DNA of 63,873 bases, the filler included, from Octopus bimaculoides (lineage: Eukaryota), in the NCBI RefSeq assembly GCF_001194135.2. It is 4 parts of 3 records of this genome, joined end to end, with 100 filler letters (N's around TTAATTAATTAA, not from the genome) between each part and the next. Parts side by side here need not be neighbours in the genome. Positions count along the whole stretch, not along the records: positions 1 to 14,860 come from NC_068982.1; 3 more parts are not named here. One strand, 5' to 3'. The notes under the pieces are model-generated. The model searched no databases. It saw only the letters and a list, made by a program, of their open reading frames with translations, and had not been told where the DNA came from. The translations under genes and the position numbers were made by a program. Below are positions 1 to 11,469 of this stretch, piece after piece (position 1 is the stretch's first letter; each line of letters opens with the position of its first letter).

Positions 1-47
<47 letters not shown>

Positions 48-180
48 ACGTGTGTATGCATGTGTGTGTGTTTGTGTGTGTATATATACACATTTCTATA
101 CACTTATACACTTAATTATTGTATATGTCGGTGTGTGTGTGTGTACGTGTGTGAGTGTGTGTGTGTGTGTGCGCGTGAAT
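1..180. repeat. (TA)n and (TG)n microsatellites
   Basis: Direct reading of dinucleotide runs. Confidence 0.95.
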
Positions 181-490
181 GTATAGTCTTGCTCTGATAT
201 ACATCTGGGACTCGTAATTGCGTGCTTTGTGGCCCTGTAAATAAATCTATATTCGAATTTTATTACTGCACGTGAAGAACGATGACGACATTATAAACAA
301 TCTGGAAACAAGGCGAATCCGTTTACGCATCATGCATTCACATACACGCACGCGCGCACATGCAGTGTGCGTGTGCGCGTGTGCGCGTGTGTGCTTCGGC
401 TCATACATTGCTAAGCATTTTATGACTTTCTTTGCAACCCCACCCCCACCCCTGTATTACTGCTCCTTTTTTCCTTATATCTGCTGTAGA

Positions 491-492
<2 letters not shown>

Positions 493-588
<96 letters not shown>

Positions 589-602
589 TTACTGTTATTG
601 TT

Positions 603-652
<50 letters not shown>

Positions 653-681
653 TATTATTATTATTATTATTATTACTATTA
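493..681. repeat. Compound trinucleotide microsatellite (TAT)n-(TAC)n-(CAT)n-(TAT)n
   Basis: Direct reading; explains the poly-Y/poly-H/poly-I/poly-L ORFs here. Confidence 0.97.
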
Positions 682-684
682 TAA

Positions 685-826
685 AAGCGGCGAGATGGCA
701 GAATCGTTAGCACGCCGGACGAAATGCTTGGCGGCATTTCTTTCGGAAATTACGTTCTAAGTTCAAATGCCGCCAAGAACAGCTCTGCCTGTCATGCTTT
801 CGGCGTCGTTAGAATAAATTTCAGTT
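685..826 (+). mobile_element. SINE family A (tRNA-like head), degenerate copy
   Basis: AAGCGGCGAGATGGCAGAATCGTTAGCACGCC head with A-box-like TGGCAGAATCG and B-box-like AGTTCAAATGCC; more than 12 similar copies in the window. Confidence 0.85.
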
Positions 827-918
827 GGGCACTGCGAACGATCAAATCGACTAGCCGCTCCAATCCAAATCGCTAGCCATGGGGCAAAATTTGAAATCAT
901 TATTATTAGGGTTGTGTA

Positions 919-1105
919 AAGGCGACGAGCTAACAGAGCGGTTAGCACGCCGGGAAAATACTTGGCGGTATTTCGCCAGTCGCTACGTTCTGAGTTCAAA
1001 TCCCGCCGAGGTCGCCTTTGCCTTTCATCCTTTCGGAGTCGATAAATTAAGTACCAGTGATACACTGGTGTCGATGTAATCGTGTAGTCTCCTCCCCACA
1101 ATTTA
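919..1105 (+). mobile_element. SINE family A copy
   Basis: Same head plus GAGTTCAAATCCCGCCGAGGTCGCCTTTGCCTTTCATCCTTTCGG body. Confidence 0.88.
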
Positions 1106-1132
1106 GTAGAAAGGATTATTGTTAAGGTTGTG

Positions 1133-1295
1133 TAAGGCGGCGAGCTGGGAGAATCGACAGGATGCCGGATGAAATGTTTATCGATATTTCGTCCGTCTTC
1201 GTTCATTAGGGGTCGATGAAATAAGTACCAACTGAGTAATCGACTTCCCCCTCCCCTCAAAAGATTGCTGGCTTTGTGCCTGTAGGATTATTATT
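1133..1295 (+). mobile_element. SINE family A copy, internally deleted
   Basis: AAGGCGGCGAGCTGG head, GGGGTCGATGAAATAAGTACC body, GCTGGCTTTGTGCC tail. Confidence 0.8.
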
Positions 1296-1331
1296 ACAAT
1301 TGTTGTTATTCTTGTTGTTGTCTGTGTGAAT

Positions 1332-1655
1332 GCGCGTGGCTCAGTGGTTAGGGTACTCGGCTCACGATCGCTTGGTCGTGAGTTCAATTCCTGGGGACGC
1401 GTTGTGTCCTTGAGCAAGACACTTTATTTCACGTTGCTCCAGTCCAATCAGTTGGCAAAAATGAGTAGTACCTGTAATTCACAGGTAGTCAGCCTTGTCA
1501 CATTCTGTGTCACATCGACTCTCCCTGAAAACGACATTATGGGTGCACGTGTCTGTGAGGTACTCAGCCACTTGCACGTTAATTGCACCAACAGGCTCTT
1601 GCTTTGATCGAATCAACTGGAACACTCGTCGTCGTAGCTGACGGAGTACCAGTTG
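1332..1655 (+). mobile_element. tRNA-derived SINE family B
   Basis: A-box GTGGCTCAGTGG, B-box GAGTTCAATTCC, GTGTCCTTGAGCAAGACACTT conserved-domain-like block; 3' half shared with 59488-59879. Confidence 0.85.
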
Positions 1656-3269
1656 TTATTGTCTGTTGTAATGGTTTATTTTTTTTGCCTCATAGCTCTT
1701 TATTTGTTATTCTGCTCTTTGTCGTCGTCATCGAACATTTGTTAAAGAACTGTCGAAGCAAAAACATAACAACCACCACATGATATCCTAGAGTTCTGCA
1801 ATATTTGTGTTTATAACATAGAGTAACATATAACGTAATGAGATACGATTTAATCTAATCCATTGTGTGTGACATCGTACAGAAATGTTTGAAGCAAAAT
1901 AAAATTGTTTATTTCGTTTTTTTTTTTTGCATTTTATTTACTGCGTTTCATAAATGAAACAAAACGCGGCGTACGAATCGCAAATTCCAGCAATGCATCA
2001 TTCTTAACTTGCTTCTGTCAAGCATTGTTTTAAAAATTAGCATTTTACATCAGGCAAAGAACTTTCTATTGCGTGTCAGCAATATTTAAGGGCTTAGAAA
2101 GGGAACAGGCAGCACCCTCTTAAGAGGTCTTTGAGATTAGTGAGAATGAGGAAGTTGTTCTCAGATCGAAAGCTTCATCTAAAGTTTGTTTGTTTTGTAC
2201 CACAGCCTTGCGCATCACACATATATTGTGCTCCAGCCTGGCGGCTGAAACGTGTACAATATGAGCAGTATTTACTGGTGCCTTCTAAGCGTTCTATTCA
2301 GTTGAGAGTCTTCTGCTTCGAATCTGGTATTGAAGAAATCAGCTTGAAATGCATACAGCAGTCCATAGGGGAGCCCTCTAAACTGACTTTGGTGTGTTTA
2401 CACCATTTACCTGAAAGGAAAATCTTTCACCGTGGCAAACCCTACTGAAAATGCCTCCTTACGGGTCAAATATGTCCCAAACATATACGAACCGATTTAA
2501 AAGTTTGTTTTGCACCATGGCTTCGAGCGCCACCTACATATTTGATCTGAATCTTTGAAAACTGTCTGGATTCTGCTAAAGATCTCTCCCCCACCGATAC
2601 TAAGATATGGATTAACCTGGCCATGATTTATGTCTAATACTCAAATATGGTTAACTATCTATTCCGCCAGCGGGCTTCCGCACAGTATCCACCAACCTGT
2701 ATATGGGGGTGCATTATCCAATGTCCTCCTGTTTTGAACACGATAGTATCTGATTTTAGAGAGATTTTGCCTGTTTTATGATGTTGGTTCAAATACCAAA
2801 GAGAATGATTTAACGGTTAACAAGCTGGCTCTGCAATCATGCCGTTTAGGTTTAGGTTCCATTCCAGTTAGTGCACAGCACTTTGGTCAAGTGTACTCTA
2901 CTTCAGCCTTCGGTCAACTCAGTTCTTGTAGATCAAACAGAACCGACGGAGATTGGGTGATATACTGGTGAGTGAGCTGTAACCTGTTATTGAAAGGACC
3001 CAGTCCTGGTACAGAAAGTCTAGCTGAGAAAAAACGTATAGCTGTTCATGGACTTCTGATCCATTTACATTGTTATACAGTAATGAAACAGCCGAGTCGA
3101 GAAGGCCTATCATCAAATTTACTCCTACCATATCTGTCTCGTTTTTCTCGTTGTAATAAATGAAAAGACCATTATTACCCACTGAACCCTCTTCTAGTCA
3201 AATGACCCACACACTGTCCACTGTGTACTCTTCTCTATTTTAAACAGTAAGCTATAGTTTGGAAAGGTT

Positions 3270-4560
3270 TGTTAAAAGCAGATCAATGACAATTCAAATG
3301 TTTATAAAAAAAAACATGCTAGTTTCGTATGTTGCAATGTCGTTTTGCTACAAAAAAAAGTGTCCTTAAAGCATCTTTGTAAAATTATGGAAGCGCAAAT
3401 AATTGAAGAATCTTTGGTCGTGTTCAGTGTAAATAAAATATGCCGTGGTGAAGCTGATGAGATCTTGAAGTTAATAACAATTTCCAGTGACTAGATTAAA
3501 ACACAGAAGAGTGATGAAATGATAAATGCTTCGTAAAGTGAATATGTCAAACCACCAAACTCAGAAATGTTTTAATACAAGTGAAAGCACCGAAACTGCA
3601 GACCCAACACAAATTCTGTTATGTTCGATAACTTTATGAAAATAAATTCCGCATAGCCTTGCTTTTGTTCGGTCTTGCTACTGCAAGTGAAACAGAATAC
3701 AGATTCTCTAAGCTTTACTAATTTTTCTAGCCAATATCTATCACAGAGTAAGATTGCCGTATGCATAGACGTTACTGCTAACATGACAGGAAAACGCAGT
3801 AGGTTTAATATCAGTTAAACAATAGCATGACAATTATTTTCTGCAAATACGTTGCGTTATTCACCGACAAAATTTAGCGTTAAAAGAAAATGGGCCAAGA
3901 TTGGTCAGTCATTGCGGAAACTATCACCCAGATCGTGAATTTCATTAAACCTAATCCAAGTAATGTTAGCTTGGTTTCTGGGTGATGTAATGCGACAGAA
4001 ACTTGTAACAGAAACTTACTGGTGTCGTCAGAAGTGAGATGGCTATCGCAACAAATGATTCCTCAAAGGGAATCACACTTTGGAGCTTCAGGATGAAGTC
4101 ATTGATTTTCTTTTATCTCAGAAAAATATCAGATTTAGTTAATTTTCTAAATGGAAAGATTTATGTTCTATTTATCTTCTATCGTTGAGATCTTTGATAA
4201 AGTGAATGCTCACCACTTGCCCCTTCAGGGAGAGAAATCAAATCTGTTTCTGTAAAATGGAGGGAAAAATTAGTGCATTTTGTGGGAAACTGGGAAATTG
4301 ATATACTGAACTATCAGCAAAGAATTACCTACCGTTTCCATTTTCAGAAGCCAAAGAAATCATAAACGCTACCAGAAATACCTTTCTTGTAGATCTAAAA
4401 AGAAATTTTTATATCTTTGAGTATAAATGCTTCTGTGTGACTCCTGATAAAATTAGAATTTGGAAAGTGAATCGGTTTATGTGTGAAAGGGAAGTTTGAC
4501 AAGAATTAAGACAAGAAATTGATAGGAAAACTGATGTTATTTCGAAAATGTTGATTCAGG
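3270..4560 (+). pseudogene. Decayed hAT (Buster/Charlie-like) transposase
   Basis: Frameshifted motifs in order: DVTANMTGK (cf. DGAxxMxG), RCVIHRQNLA (CxIHRxxLA), QIVNFIK, SEVRWLS (EVRWLS), LPLQGE (LQG); many stops. Confidence 0.8.
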
Positions 4561-4617
4561 CTTTTAATTTTGCAAGTATTATCTTAGAGTGGATATATAT
4601 CTGCTCAGTCGTACCCA

Positions 4618-4850
4618 TATAACTCAATATTGTCCAAATAACTCAACTGTACAAAAGAAAATGCTTAGCAATGCCAAGATTACTCAACAGTAATCGTGTT
4701 GCTCAAAAGTACCCAAATACCTCAGCTCTACACACATTACTCAACGCAACCCGAATTACTCAACAGCAACAAAATATTCATCACTGCTCACTTTTCTCAA
4801 CAGTATACAAATTACTCAGCGGCACTCGACTGGTTCAGCAGTACGCAAGC
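4618..4850 (+). repeat. Degenerate ~19-bp minisatellite, consensus ~TTACTCAACAGTACNCAAA, ~12 units
   Basis: TACTCAAC/TACTCAGC/TGCTCAAA cores recur at 18-23 nt spacing. Confidence 0.75.
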
Positions 4851-4877
4851 GACTTTTCCATCCATTGCTTTCTCCAA

Positions 4878-4917
4878 ATGTCCTGAAGAAGGGGTCATAA
4901 CCCCGAAATATAGAAAT
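4878..4917 (+). ncRNA. Minimal type-I hammerhead ribozyme motif (PLE-type)
   Basis: ATGTC-CTGAAGA-A-GGGG(TCATAA)CCCC-GAAAT-ATA-GAAAT; intact core, 4-bp stem II, loopless palindromic stem III, stem I 4 of 5 pairs. Confidence 0.6.
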
Positions 4918-5060
4918 ACAAGCTAAAACTGCAACTTTGTTTTGTTTTCCTCTCCTTTTCTTTTTGTAATTTACTTCGTACCCCTCCCCCGCATTGTTCC
5001 GGTCTTACCCAATAAATCGCTTTAAAGTAATATCACAGAATGTGTTACCAAAACTACTCC

Positions 5061-5109
<49 letters not shown>

Positions 5110-5127
5110 GTGCGTGTGTGTGTTTAT

Positions 5128-5348
5128 GTTTGTCCCCCACCACAGCTCGACAACTGGTGTTGGTGTGTTTACGTTCCCGTAACCTCGCGCTTCGGCAGAA
5201 GAGACCGATAGTGTCTTTAAAATCGCTTTAAAATGATGAAAATAAATACTTGAGTCTATTCGTTCGACTGAAAATTCTTCAATGTGGTGCCCCAGCATGG
5301 TCGCAGTCTAATGACTGAAACAACTCAAAGATAAAAGATTAAAGATAA
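5128..5348 (+). mobile_element. SINE family C, 3' half
   Basis: GGTGTGTTTACGTTCCCGTAAC ... GGTGCCCCAGCATGGTCGCAGTCTAATGACTGAAAC ... AAAGATAAAAGA tail. Confidence 0.85.
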
Positions 5349-5455
5349 ATACACGGAACAAATCCAGATGTGTTTCAATCGTATCCTGCCATCGTCAGTG
5401 AAGTATAAACTTCACCACACATACGAAGTAGCGATGAGGTAACTGGTAAACAGAC

Positions 5456-5668
5456 TGGTTTCAAGTTTGGGCACAAAACCAGCAACGTCAGGGTGGGAGT
5501 AAATCAATTACATTGTCCCCAGTACACAACTGGTACATAAGTAATCGACTCCGAAAGGATTGACGGTAAAATCAACCTCAGCGGAAATTGAGCTCTGAGC
5601 ATTATGAATGGCGCAATGCCGCAAAGCATTTTGTCTGTCGCAGTAAACATTCTGCCAACTCGCTGCCA
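5456..5668 (-). mobile_element. SINE family A copy
   Basis: Reverse complement of the family A consensus. Confidence 0.8.
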
Positions 5669-5682
5669 TAAATTAATAAATA

Positions 5683-6858
5683 CAGGGTGCGATAGGTAAA
5701 TTGTTGCCATTCTATATTAATTTTGCATATGCGCATTGTTTTGTTTTGTTTTTTTCTATTTTGTCGACTACACAGTATAATAGAATCAGTTAGACAGCGT
5801 CTGTGAGAAAAACAGCACCATGACACAATTCACTCCGCCAGAAATTTGGAAACAAGATGCTGTATTATTTGGCATTCGCGCCAGAAGCTCAAATACGAAC
5901 ATTTCAGAGTGTTTAGCTGTCAATTTGAAGACAGTGCAACCTGAGGACATGTACCGAGAGTGGTAAAAATCAAACACCCAATCAACATCATGGTGTTTGG
6001 AGTGATCACTAGTAATGGAAACGTTCTGCCTCCATTCATCTTCCCACGCGGCCTCGCACTCAACACGGAGGCCTACATCAAGTGCTTGGAGGAAGTAGTG
6101 CTACCCTGGGTGAAGAGGGTGGTTGCTGGGAGACCCTATGTCTGGCAACAAGACTCTGCACCATGCCACACAAGCAGGAGAACCCAGTCATGGCTGTCAG
6201 ACAATTTCTGCGACCACATCACCCCTAACATCTGGCCACATAACTCCCCACACTGCAACCCCCTTGATTATTATGTGTGGGACACAGTTGAGTGAGAGAC
6301 CAACAAAATTCCTTGTAACACCAAAGATGAACTGAAGGCAAGGATTATGGCAGCATTGACCAACTTAAATAAGGAGACCGTCCAGAGGAGTTGCAGGAGA
6401 TTCCGAAGTCATCTGGAGGCTGTCGTTGAAGCCAATGGCGATTTCATTGAATAAATTTACTCTTTAGTATTTCAAGATATTTTTATGTAATTTTGATAAA
6501 TATATCAGTTAAAATGAGATGTCAGCGTTATTTTCATTTTTGTGTATTTTAGACCAGTGTTACTCAAGGTGCCGGTCCGCGAGACATCCCTTGCCGGTAC
6601 GTGACACACGTTCCAGAAAAGAAAGAGGCATTATAAGATGCTTATAAAATGCTTATGTAATATTGTATTATTTGAAAGATAAAGAAAAATTGTCAACATT
6701 TATTATATTCATTACATATATTGTTTCCCGTATAAATTAATATTATTAAGAAATATTACCTGTCCCAAGCACATTTGGAAAAAAAAAGACTGCCCGTACG
6801 CCACATCAGATAGTTTGAGAAGCACTGATTTAGACGACAATCTATTCACCCCGCACCC

Positions 6859-6860
<2 letters not shown>
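5683..6860 (+). mobile_element. Tc1/mariner DD37D (maT/mori-type) transposon, internally deleted
   Basis: Imperfect TIRs CAGGGTGCGATAGGTAAATTGTTGCC / GACGACAATCTATTCACCCCGCACCCGG with TA on both sides; ORF 5960-6295 has QQDSAPCH...NPLDYYVW with 37 residues between the two D. Confidence 0.88.
6555..6827. mobile_element. hAT-type MITE nested in the maT element
   Basis: TIRs CAGTGTTACTCAA / TTGAGAAGCACTG; 8-bp TSD TTTTAGAC / ATTTAGAC. Confidence 0.88.
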
Positions 6861-6894
<34 letters not shown>

Positions 6895-6895
<1 letters not shown>

Positions 6896-7102
6896 CTACT
6901 CTAGGCACAAGGCCCAAAATTTTTGGGGAGCGGGCCAGTCGATTAGATCGACTCTAGTGCACAACTGGTACTTAACTTTTCGACCCCGAAAGGATGAAAA
7001 GCAGAGTCGATTTTGGTGGAATTTGAACTCAGAGCATAAAGACAGAAGAAATACCGCTAAGCATATCGCCCGGCGTTCTAACGTTTCTGCCAGCTCGCCG
7101 CC
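6895..7102 (-). mobile_element. SINE family A, near full length
   Basis: Reverse complement of consensus from the GGCGGCGAGCTGGCAG head to the GGCCTTGTGCCTAG tail. Confidence 0.9.
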
Positions 7103-8199
7103 CTGTATATTAACAAGGTTGGGAAAGAACAATAGAACTGTTATGAGAAGAGATAACTAAGTGACGTCATCAGTGTGTTGGCTTTTTTTCTTCAGCTTCG
7201 TCCATTAAATATGTTCACGCTAACTTTTCACTGAATTTCTCAAAATAGATATATCGGTTATTTATTTTATGTCAATAAAAATGGGAAATATCATCCATAG
7301 CTGGATTTTAACGAATGTAGTAGTGAATGTAATAAATGCAATAATGTATATTGTTATTATGTTTGTTGTTTTTGCCGTTGCTGCTGCTGTTGTTGTCGTT
7401 GTATCGGTGTTGTGACATTTTGCAATATCAAGAAAATGCACACACACAAATATGTATGTACGTATGTATGTATGTATGTATGTATATATGTATATATATA
7501 TATATATATANNNNNNNNNNNNNNNNNNNNNNNNNNNNNNNNNNNNNNNNNNNNNNNNNNNNNNNNNNNNNNNNNNNNNNNNNNNNNNNNNNNNNNNNNN
7601 NNNNNNNNNNNNNNNNNNNNNNNNNNNNNNNNNNNNNNNNNNNNNNNNNNNNNNNNNNNNNNNNNNNNNNNNNNNNNNNNNNNNNNNNNNNNNNNNNNNN
7701 NNNNNNNNNNNNNNNNNNNNNNNNNNNNNNACACACATGAAACAACTTTTCTTACAATTATACTGATGACACGACAAACACGTAAATCGATAGATAGACA
7801 GGCAGACAGGCAGACGCCTACTTACCAACCTACATACGTACGTACACGCATACATATATGAATGCAGAACTACATACAATCATATATACACACATGCATA
7901 CATACATACACACACATACATATATACATACATGCATACACACGTGCATATATACATTCATATATGTATACATACATGTATGCATACATACATGCATACA
8001 TACATGCATACATACATACATACATACATACATACATTCCTACATACATGGCGCTAGCTTTTCTTTCGCACACAGTTATATAGAAGACACGAGTGTGTTT
8101 GCTTTAGATGTTTTTTTGTTTTTTTTGTAAGAGATTTTTCCTATTTTCTTTATTATTTCTTTCTATTAAGTTTCGAACAATAACGCTACGAAGCTGCAT

Positions 8200-8660
8200 T
8201 AACGTTTCTAAATCTCCTCGGTCTTATCTTCTAAATGAAGTCGTTATTACCGGCGAAAGGAGCCATTGTAGCACATTACAATGCAGGACATTAAATAGAA
8301 AAGGCCTTAGTTGATAAAACAACCATCGTAAATAGAAATTAATACAAAAGGCTTAAACGCTTAGTAATGGAAGCATTATAAATAGAAGAATACAACGCAA
8401 AATTTAACGCAGAGATACACCATCCTTGTATTAATCTAAGAACTGTCACTTTTTAACGAAAATATAAATCTGACGTTGATGATTTTCTCAGTCAGAATGT
8501 CATTGCCACGATCCTTGATGTCCGCTATAAAACGCCGCAATGAATAAAAAGTAGCAGTGAAAAAAAACGCCAAAGAAATTGTGTGACCAAAAAGATTCAG
8601 AAATATTGATGGTCTTCCAACGATAATTTTCGAAACTACGTATTGTGGACTAGTTAGGAT
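8200..8660 (+). mobile_element. Penelope-like element 3' relic (GIY-YIG C-terminus plus degenerate HHR region)
   Basis: Translates to GAIVAHYNAGH*IEKALVDKTTIVNRN*YKRLKRLVMEAL*IEEYNAKFN (AIxxH...RLxxEALxI...xN); followed by CGAAACTACGTA at 8631-8642. Confidence 0.6.
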
Positions 8661-8725
8661 ATAAGAAAGAATTTAACTCCAATATAGCAGTATGTGTGTG
8701 TATATTTAGTTGCGTATATAAACAT

Positions 8726-8990
8726 GTGTGGTGAGAGGCTTGCTTGCCAACTACATAGTTCCGGGTTCAGTCCCACTGCGCGGCACCTTCGGCAAGTGTT
8801 TTCTGCTATAAGCTCGGGATGACCAAAGCCTTGTGAATGGATTTGGTAAACGGAACTAAAAGCTTGTCGTATGCATATGCGTGTGTGTGTGTGTGTGCGT
8901 GCGGGCGTGTGTGTATGTATGTGTGCGTGCGCGCGTGCGTACGTATTTGTGTATGTATGTGCGCGCTTATGTGTGTGTGTTCGTGCGTGC

Positions 8991-9055
<65 letters not shown>

Positions 9056-9100
9056 TCTGTCTGCTTTTGTATCCCACCACAGCTCGATAAAAGATAAAAG
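8726..9100 (+). mobile_element. SINE family C with internal (TG)n and a 3' deletion
   Basis: GGTTCAGTCCCACTGCGCGGCACCTTCGGCAAGTG ... CCAAAGCCTTGTGAATGGATTTGG. Confidence 0.85.
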
Positions 9101-9439
9101 ATTTACAGATGGCAAATCTGAACACGACATGCTCTGCTAAGTTCTTTTGAGAGATAAGTTTGTTTTTTGTGACAATAAGAATATTCAAGAACGATGTACA
9201 AGGAGGAAGATGAAGTCGCTGTTTAGATCAGGTGCTTACCGTATCTGCTTCTTACTATTTGTGTGAATGAATGTTATCCATAATGATTGAAAAGAGTCGC
9301 GATATATTTGGAAGCAGGAAATATTCTATACACATCACAAACATACATGCATGAGAATACATACATAAAACAAAAATACAAATCTGCACATATACATGCA
9401 TACGTACATACATACATACATACATACATACAAAAATAC

Positions 9440-9545
9440 CCGGCTACTGATGTTGAAATTCCGAGAAAGTAGCCTTGGATCTAGGTTAGAAACCGGCTCG
9501 TTCTCTATTGGCAAGAAATCTTGAAATAAAACTGAACAATGTCAT
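9440..9545 (+). repeat. Short interspersed repeat embedded in (TACA)n, with a hammerhead-like core; second copy at ~40940-41045 (-)
   Basis: GGCTACTGATGTTGAAATTCCGAGAAAGTAGCC (7-bp inverted ends) followed by AGAAACCGGCTC...CAAGAAATCTTGAAATAAAA, shared by both copies. Confidence 0.7.
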
Positions 9546-9560
9546 ACATACATACATACA

Positions 9561-9591
<31 letters not shown>

Positions 9592-9599
9592 CCTAACGA

Positions 9600-10185
9600 C
9601 ACCTGGGAACTTCCACAGAAACACTGATGTTGACTGGCTCTACCTACGAAGAATGAAGGTGGTAAAGGACTGAGATCAGTGCAGACGGCCTTCAAATGCC
9701 GCATGGTATCACTCAGGCAGCACCTGCTAAACAACAGCAGCAAAAATAAATATATCAATACAGTCGTGAATAGTGAAGTGAGCAACATTGTACGAGTTGG
9801 TAGTGAACTCCTCAAAAAACGCTCTCTTTCTGATGATCTCCTATACAGTCCCAAAACAGCTGGGCTTTCTTACCTCAGAAAAGACCTGGATGGAAAGCAC
9901 TCAGCATACGAAAAAAGGACTATGCATGAGTATGTTAACCGGAAGCTTGAAGAAAACAGTAAAATTGACACAAAGTGCAGCCTCTCTTGGACACAAGACC
10001 ACTACATCACATCACAAAGTACCCGGTGAACAAGAGAGGCGGTGACGCTCTTGTAATGCCAAAGTGCAACTGCATGTGCAACTGCATGTGCAACTGCATG
10101 TGCAACTGCATGTGCAACTGCATGTGCAACTGCATGTGCAACAGCATGTGCCCAATAATCGCCCCCAGTGTATCACTAGTATCTT
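9600..10185 (+). mobile_element. R4/Dong-like (restriction-endonuclease clade) non-LTR retrotransposon fragment
   Basis: GNFHRNTDVDWLYLRR/EGGKGLRSVQTAFKCRMVSLRQHL (cf. DxxRLYxxRxxGGRGL); MHEY...IDTKCSLSW; CPIIAP near the end. Confidence 0.75.
10064..10151 (+). repeat. 12-bp tandem repeat (GTGCAACTGCAT) x7
   Basis: Six perfect units, one variant unit and a partial unit. Confidence 0.97.
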
Positions 10186-10663
10186 ATGTATACATGCATG
10201 TATATATATATATATATNNNNNNNNNNNNNNNNNNNNNNNNNNNNNNNNNNNNNNNNNNNNNNNNNNNNNNNNNNNNNNNNNNNNNNNNNNNNNNNNNNN
10301 NNNNNNNNNNNNNNNNNNNNNNNNNNNNNNNNNNNNNNNNNNNNNNNNNNNNNNNNNNNNNNNNNNNNNNNNNNNNNNNNNNNNNNNNNNNNNNNNNNNN
10401 NNNNNNNNNNNNNNNNNNNNNNNNNNNNNNNNNNNNNNNNNNNNNNNNNNNNNNNNNNNNNNNNNNNNNNNNNNNNNNNNNNNNNNNNNNNNNNNNNNNN
10501 NNNNNNNNNNNNNNNNNNNNNNNNNNNNNNNNNNNNNNNNNNNNNNNNNNNNNNNNNNNNNNNNNNNNNNNNNNNNNNNNNNNNNNNNNNNNNNNNNNNN
10601 NNNNNNNNNNNNNNNNNNNNNNNNNNNNNNNNNNNNNNNNNNNNNNNNNNNNNNNNNNNNNNN

Positions 10664-10713
<50 letters not shown>

Positions 10714-10849
10714 TAACAGAATGAGATTTTAAAAATCCAAGGTTGGAATAGTTTTCAGAATATTTATCAATGCTCTTTATAAATGTTCTGAAAACTATTC
10801 ACAGCCTGGATTTTGTATCTCATTCTGTTAATTTTTTATATATACGCAT

Positions 10850-11240
10850 GCAACACGACCTACGTTGGACTCCTTATTACTGAAACTGGAGCTTAACTAT
10901 CGTCTGTCCGATAGCATTACCTGACACCTTTGGGGCTTCTTGACATTAATACCTCTCAAACCCTCGATATATATATGTATATATTCTTTATTTATGGACC
11001 TACCTTTAGTTTCATGCGATACATTACAATTATCAAACGTCCCACTTAAAAATGTCGGTAATCCGTCTCCATTTGGGATGTGGCTGCGTGATATTACACG
11101 AGACTTTACGAGGGGTGTTGTGAAAGTCATTTATCTAAGGTATAGTACAGTGGGAAACAACCCGAAAGTACGTAGTTAGAAAACGAGCTTTTGAACAACA
11201 GAACAAAAATTAATTCATAAAATCTTGTTCAATATTTACA
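10850..11240 (+). mobile_element. Possible Penelope-like 3' relic
   Basis: TTYVG...YRLS GIY-YIG-like fragment; GGG(AAACAA)CCC-GAAAGTACGTAGTTAG HHR 3' half at 11152-11179. Confidence 0.45.
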
Positions 11241-11469
11241 AACTATATTGAGATATACAGTAAAGGAAAATAATATTCGGCAAGCATAGTTGTGTGGTTG
11301 GCCACTTTACCGCCACGCAGTACCTCGAGTAAGTAGTTTTTTACTATAAGTATCGACTGACCATCAATACCTTGGAATTGAATTTTGTAAGGGGGTGGAA
11401 AACTATATATGGAAGACTGAAGTATATACATACGCACAATCACACAGATACATATGTATCGGTGTGGGT

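Noticed and set aside
272-760. ORFs with poly-Y/H/I/L/N/D tracts (also 57287-57734)
   Set aside because: They are translations of trinucleotide microsatellites with no flanking coding signal.
2100-2800. Weak Gypsy-RT-like peptide (RGLPYGL) on minus and degenerate HHR-like text (GAAAGCTT) on plus, with a partial direct repeat at 2179 and 2498
   Set aside because: Too decayed to assign by eye; needs a profile search.
4618-4850. Repeat-spacer appearance suggesting a CRISPR array
   Set aside because: Units are ~19 bp, degenerate, and the spacers are mutually similar; no cas genes; eukaryotic context.
7262-7879. Long ORFs crossing N-gaps, or made of CV/HT/YI/LSIY repeats (many across the window)
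   Set aside because: Artefacts of gaps and of di- or tetranucleotide repeats.
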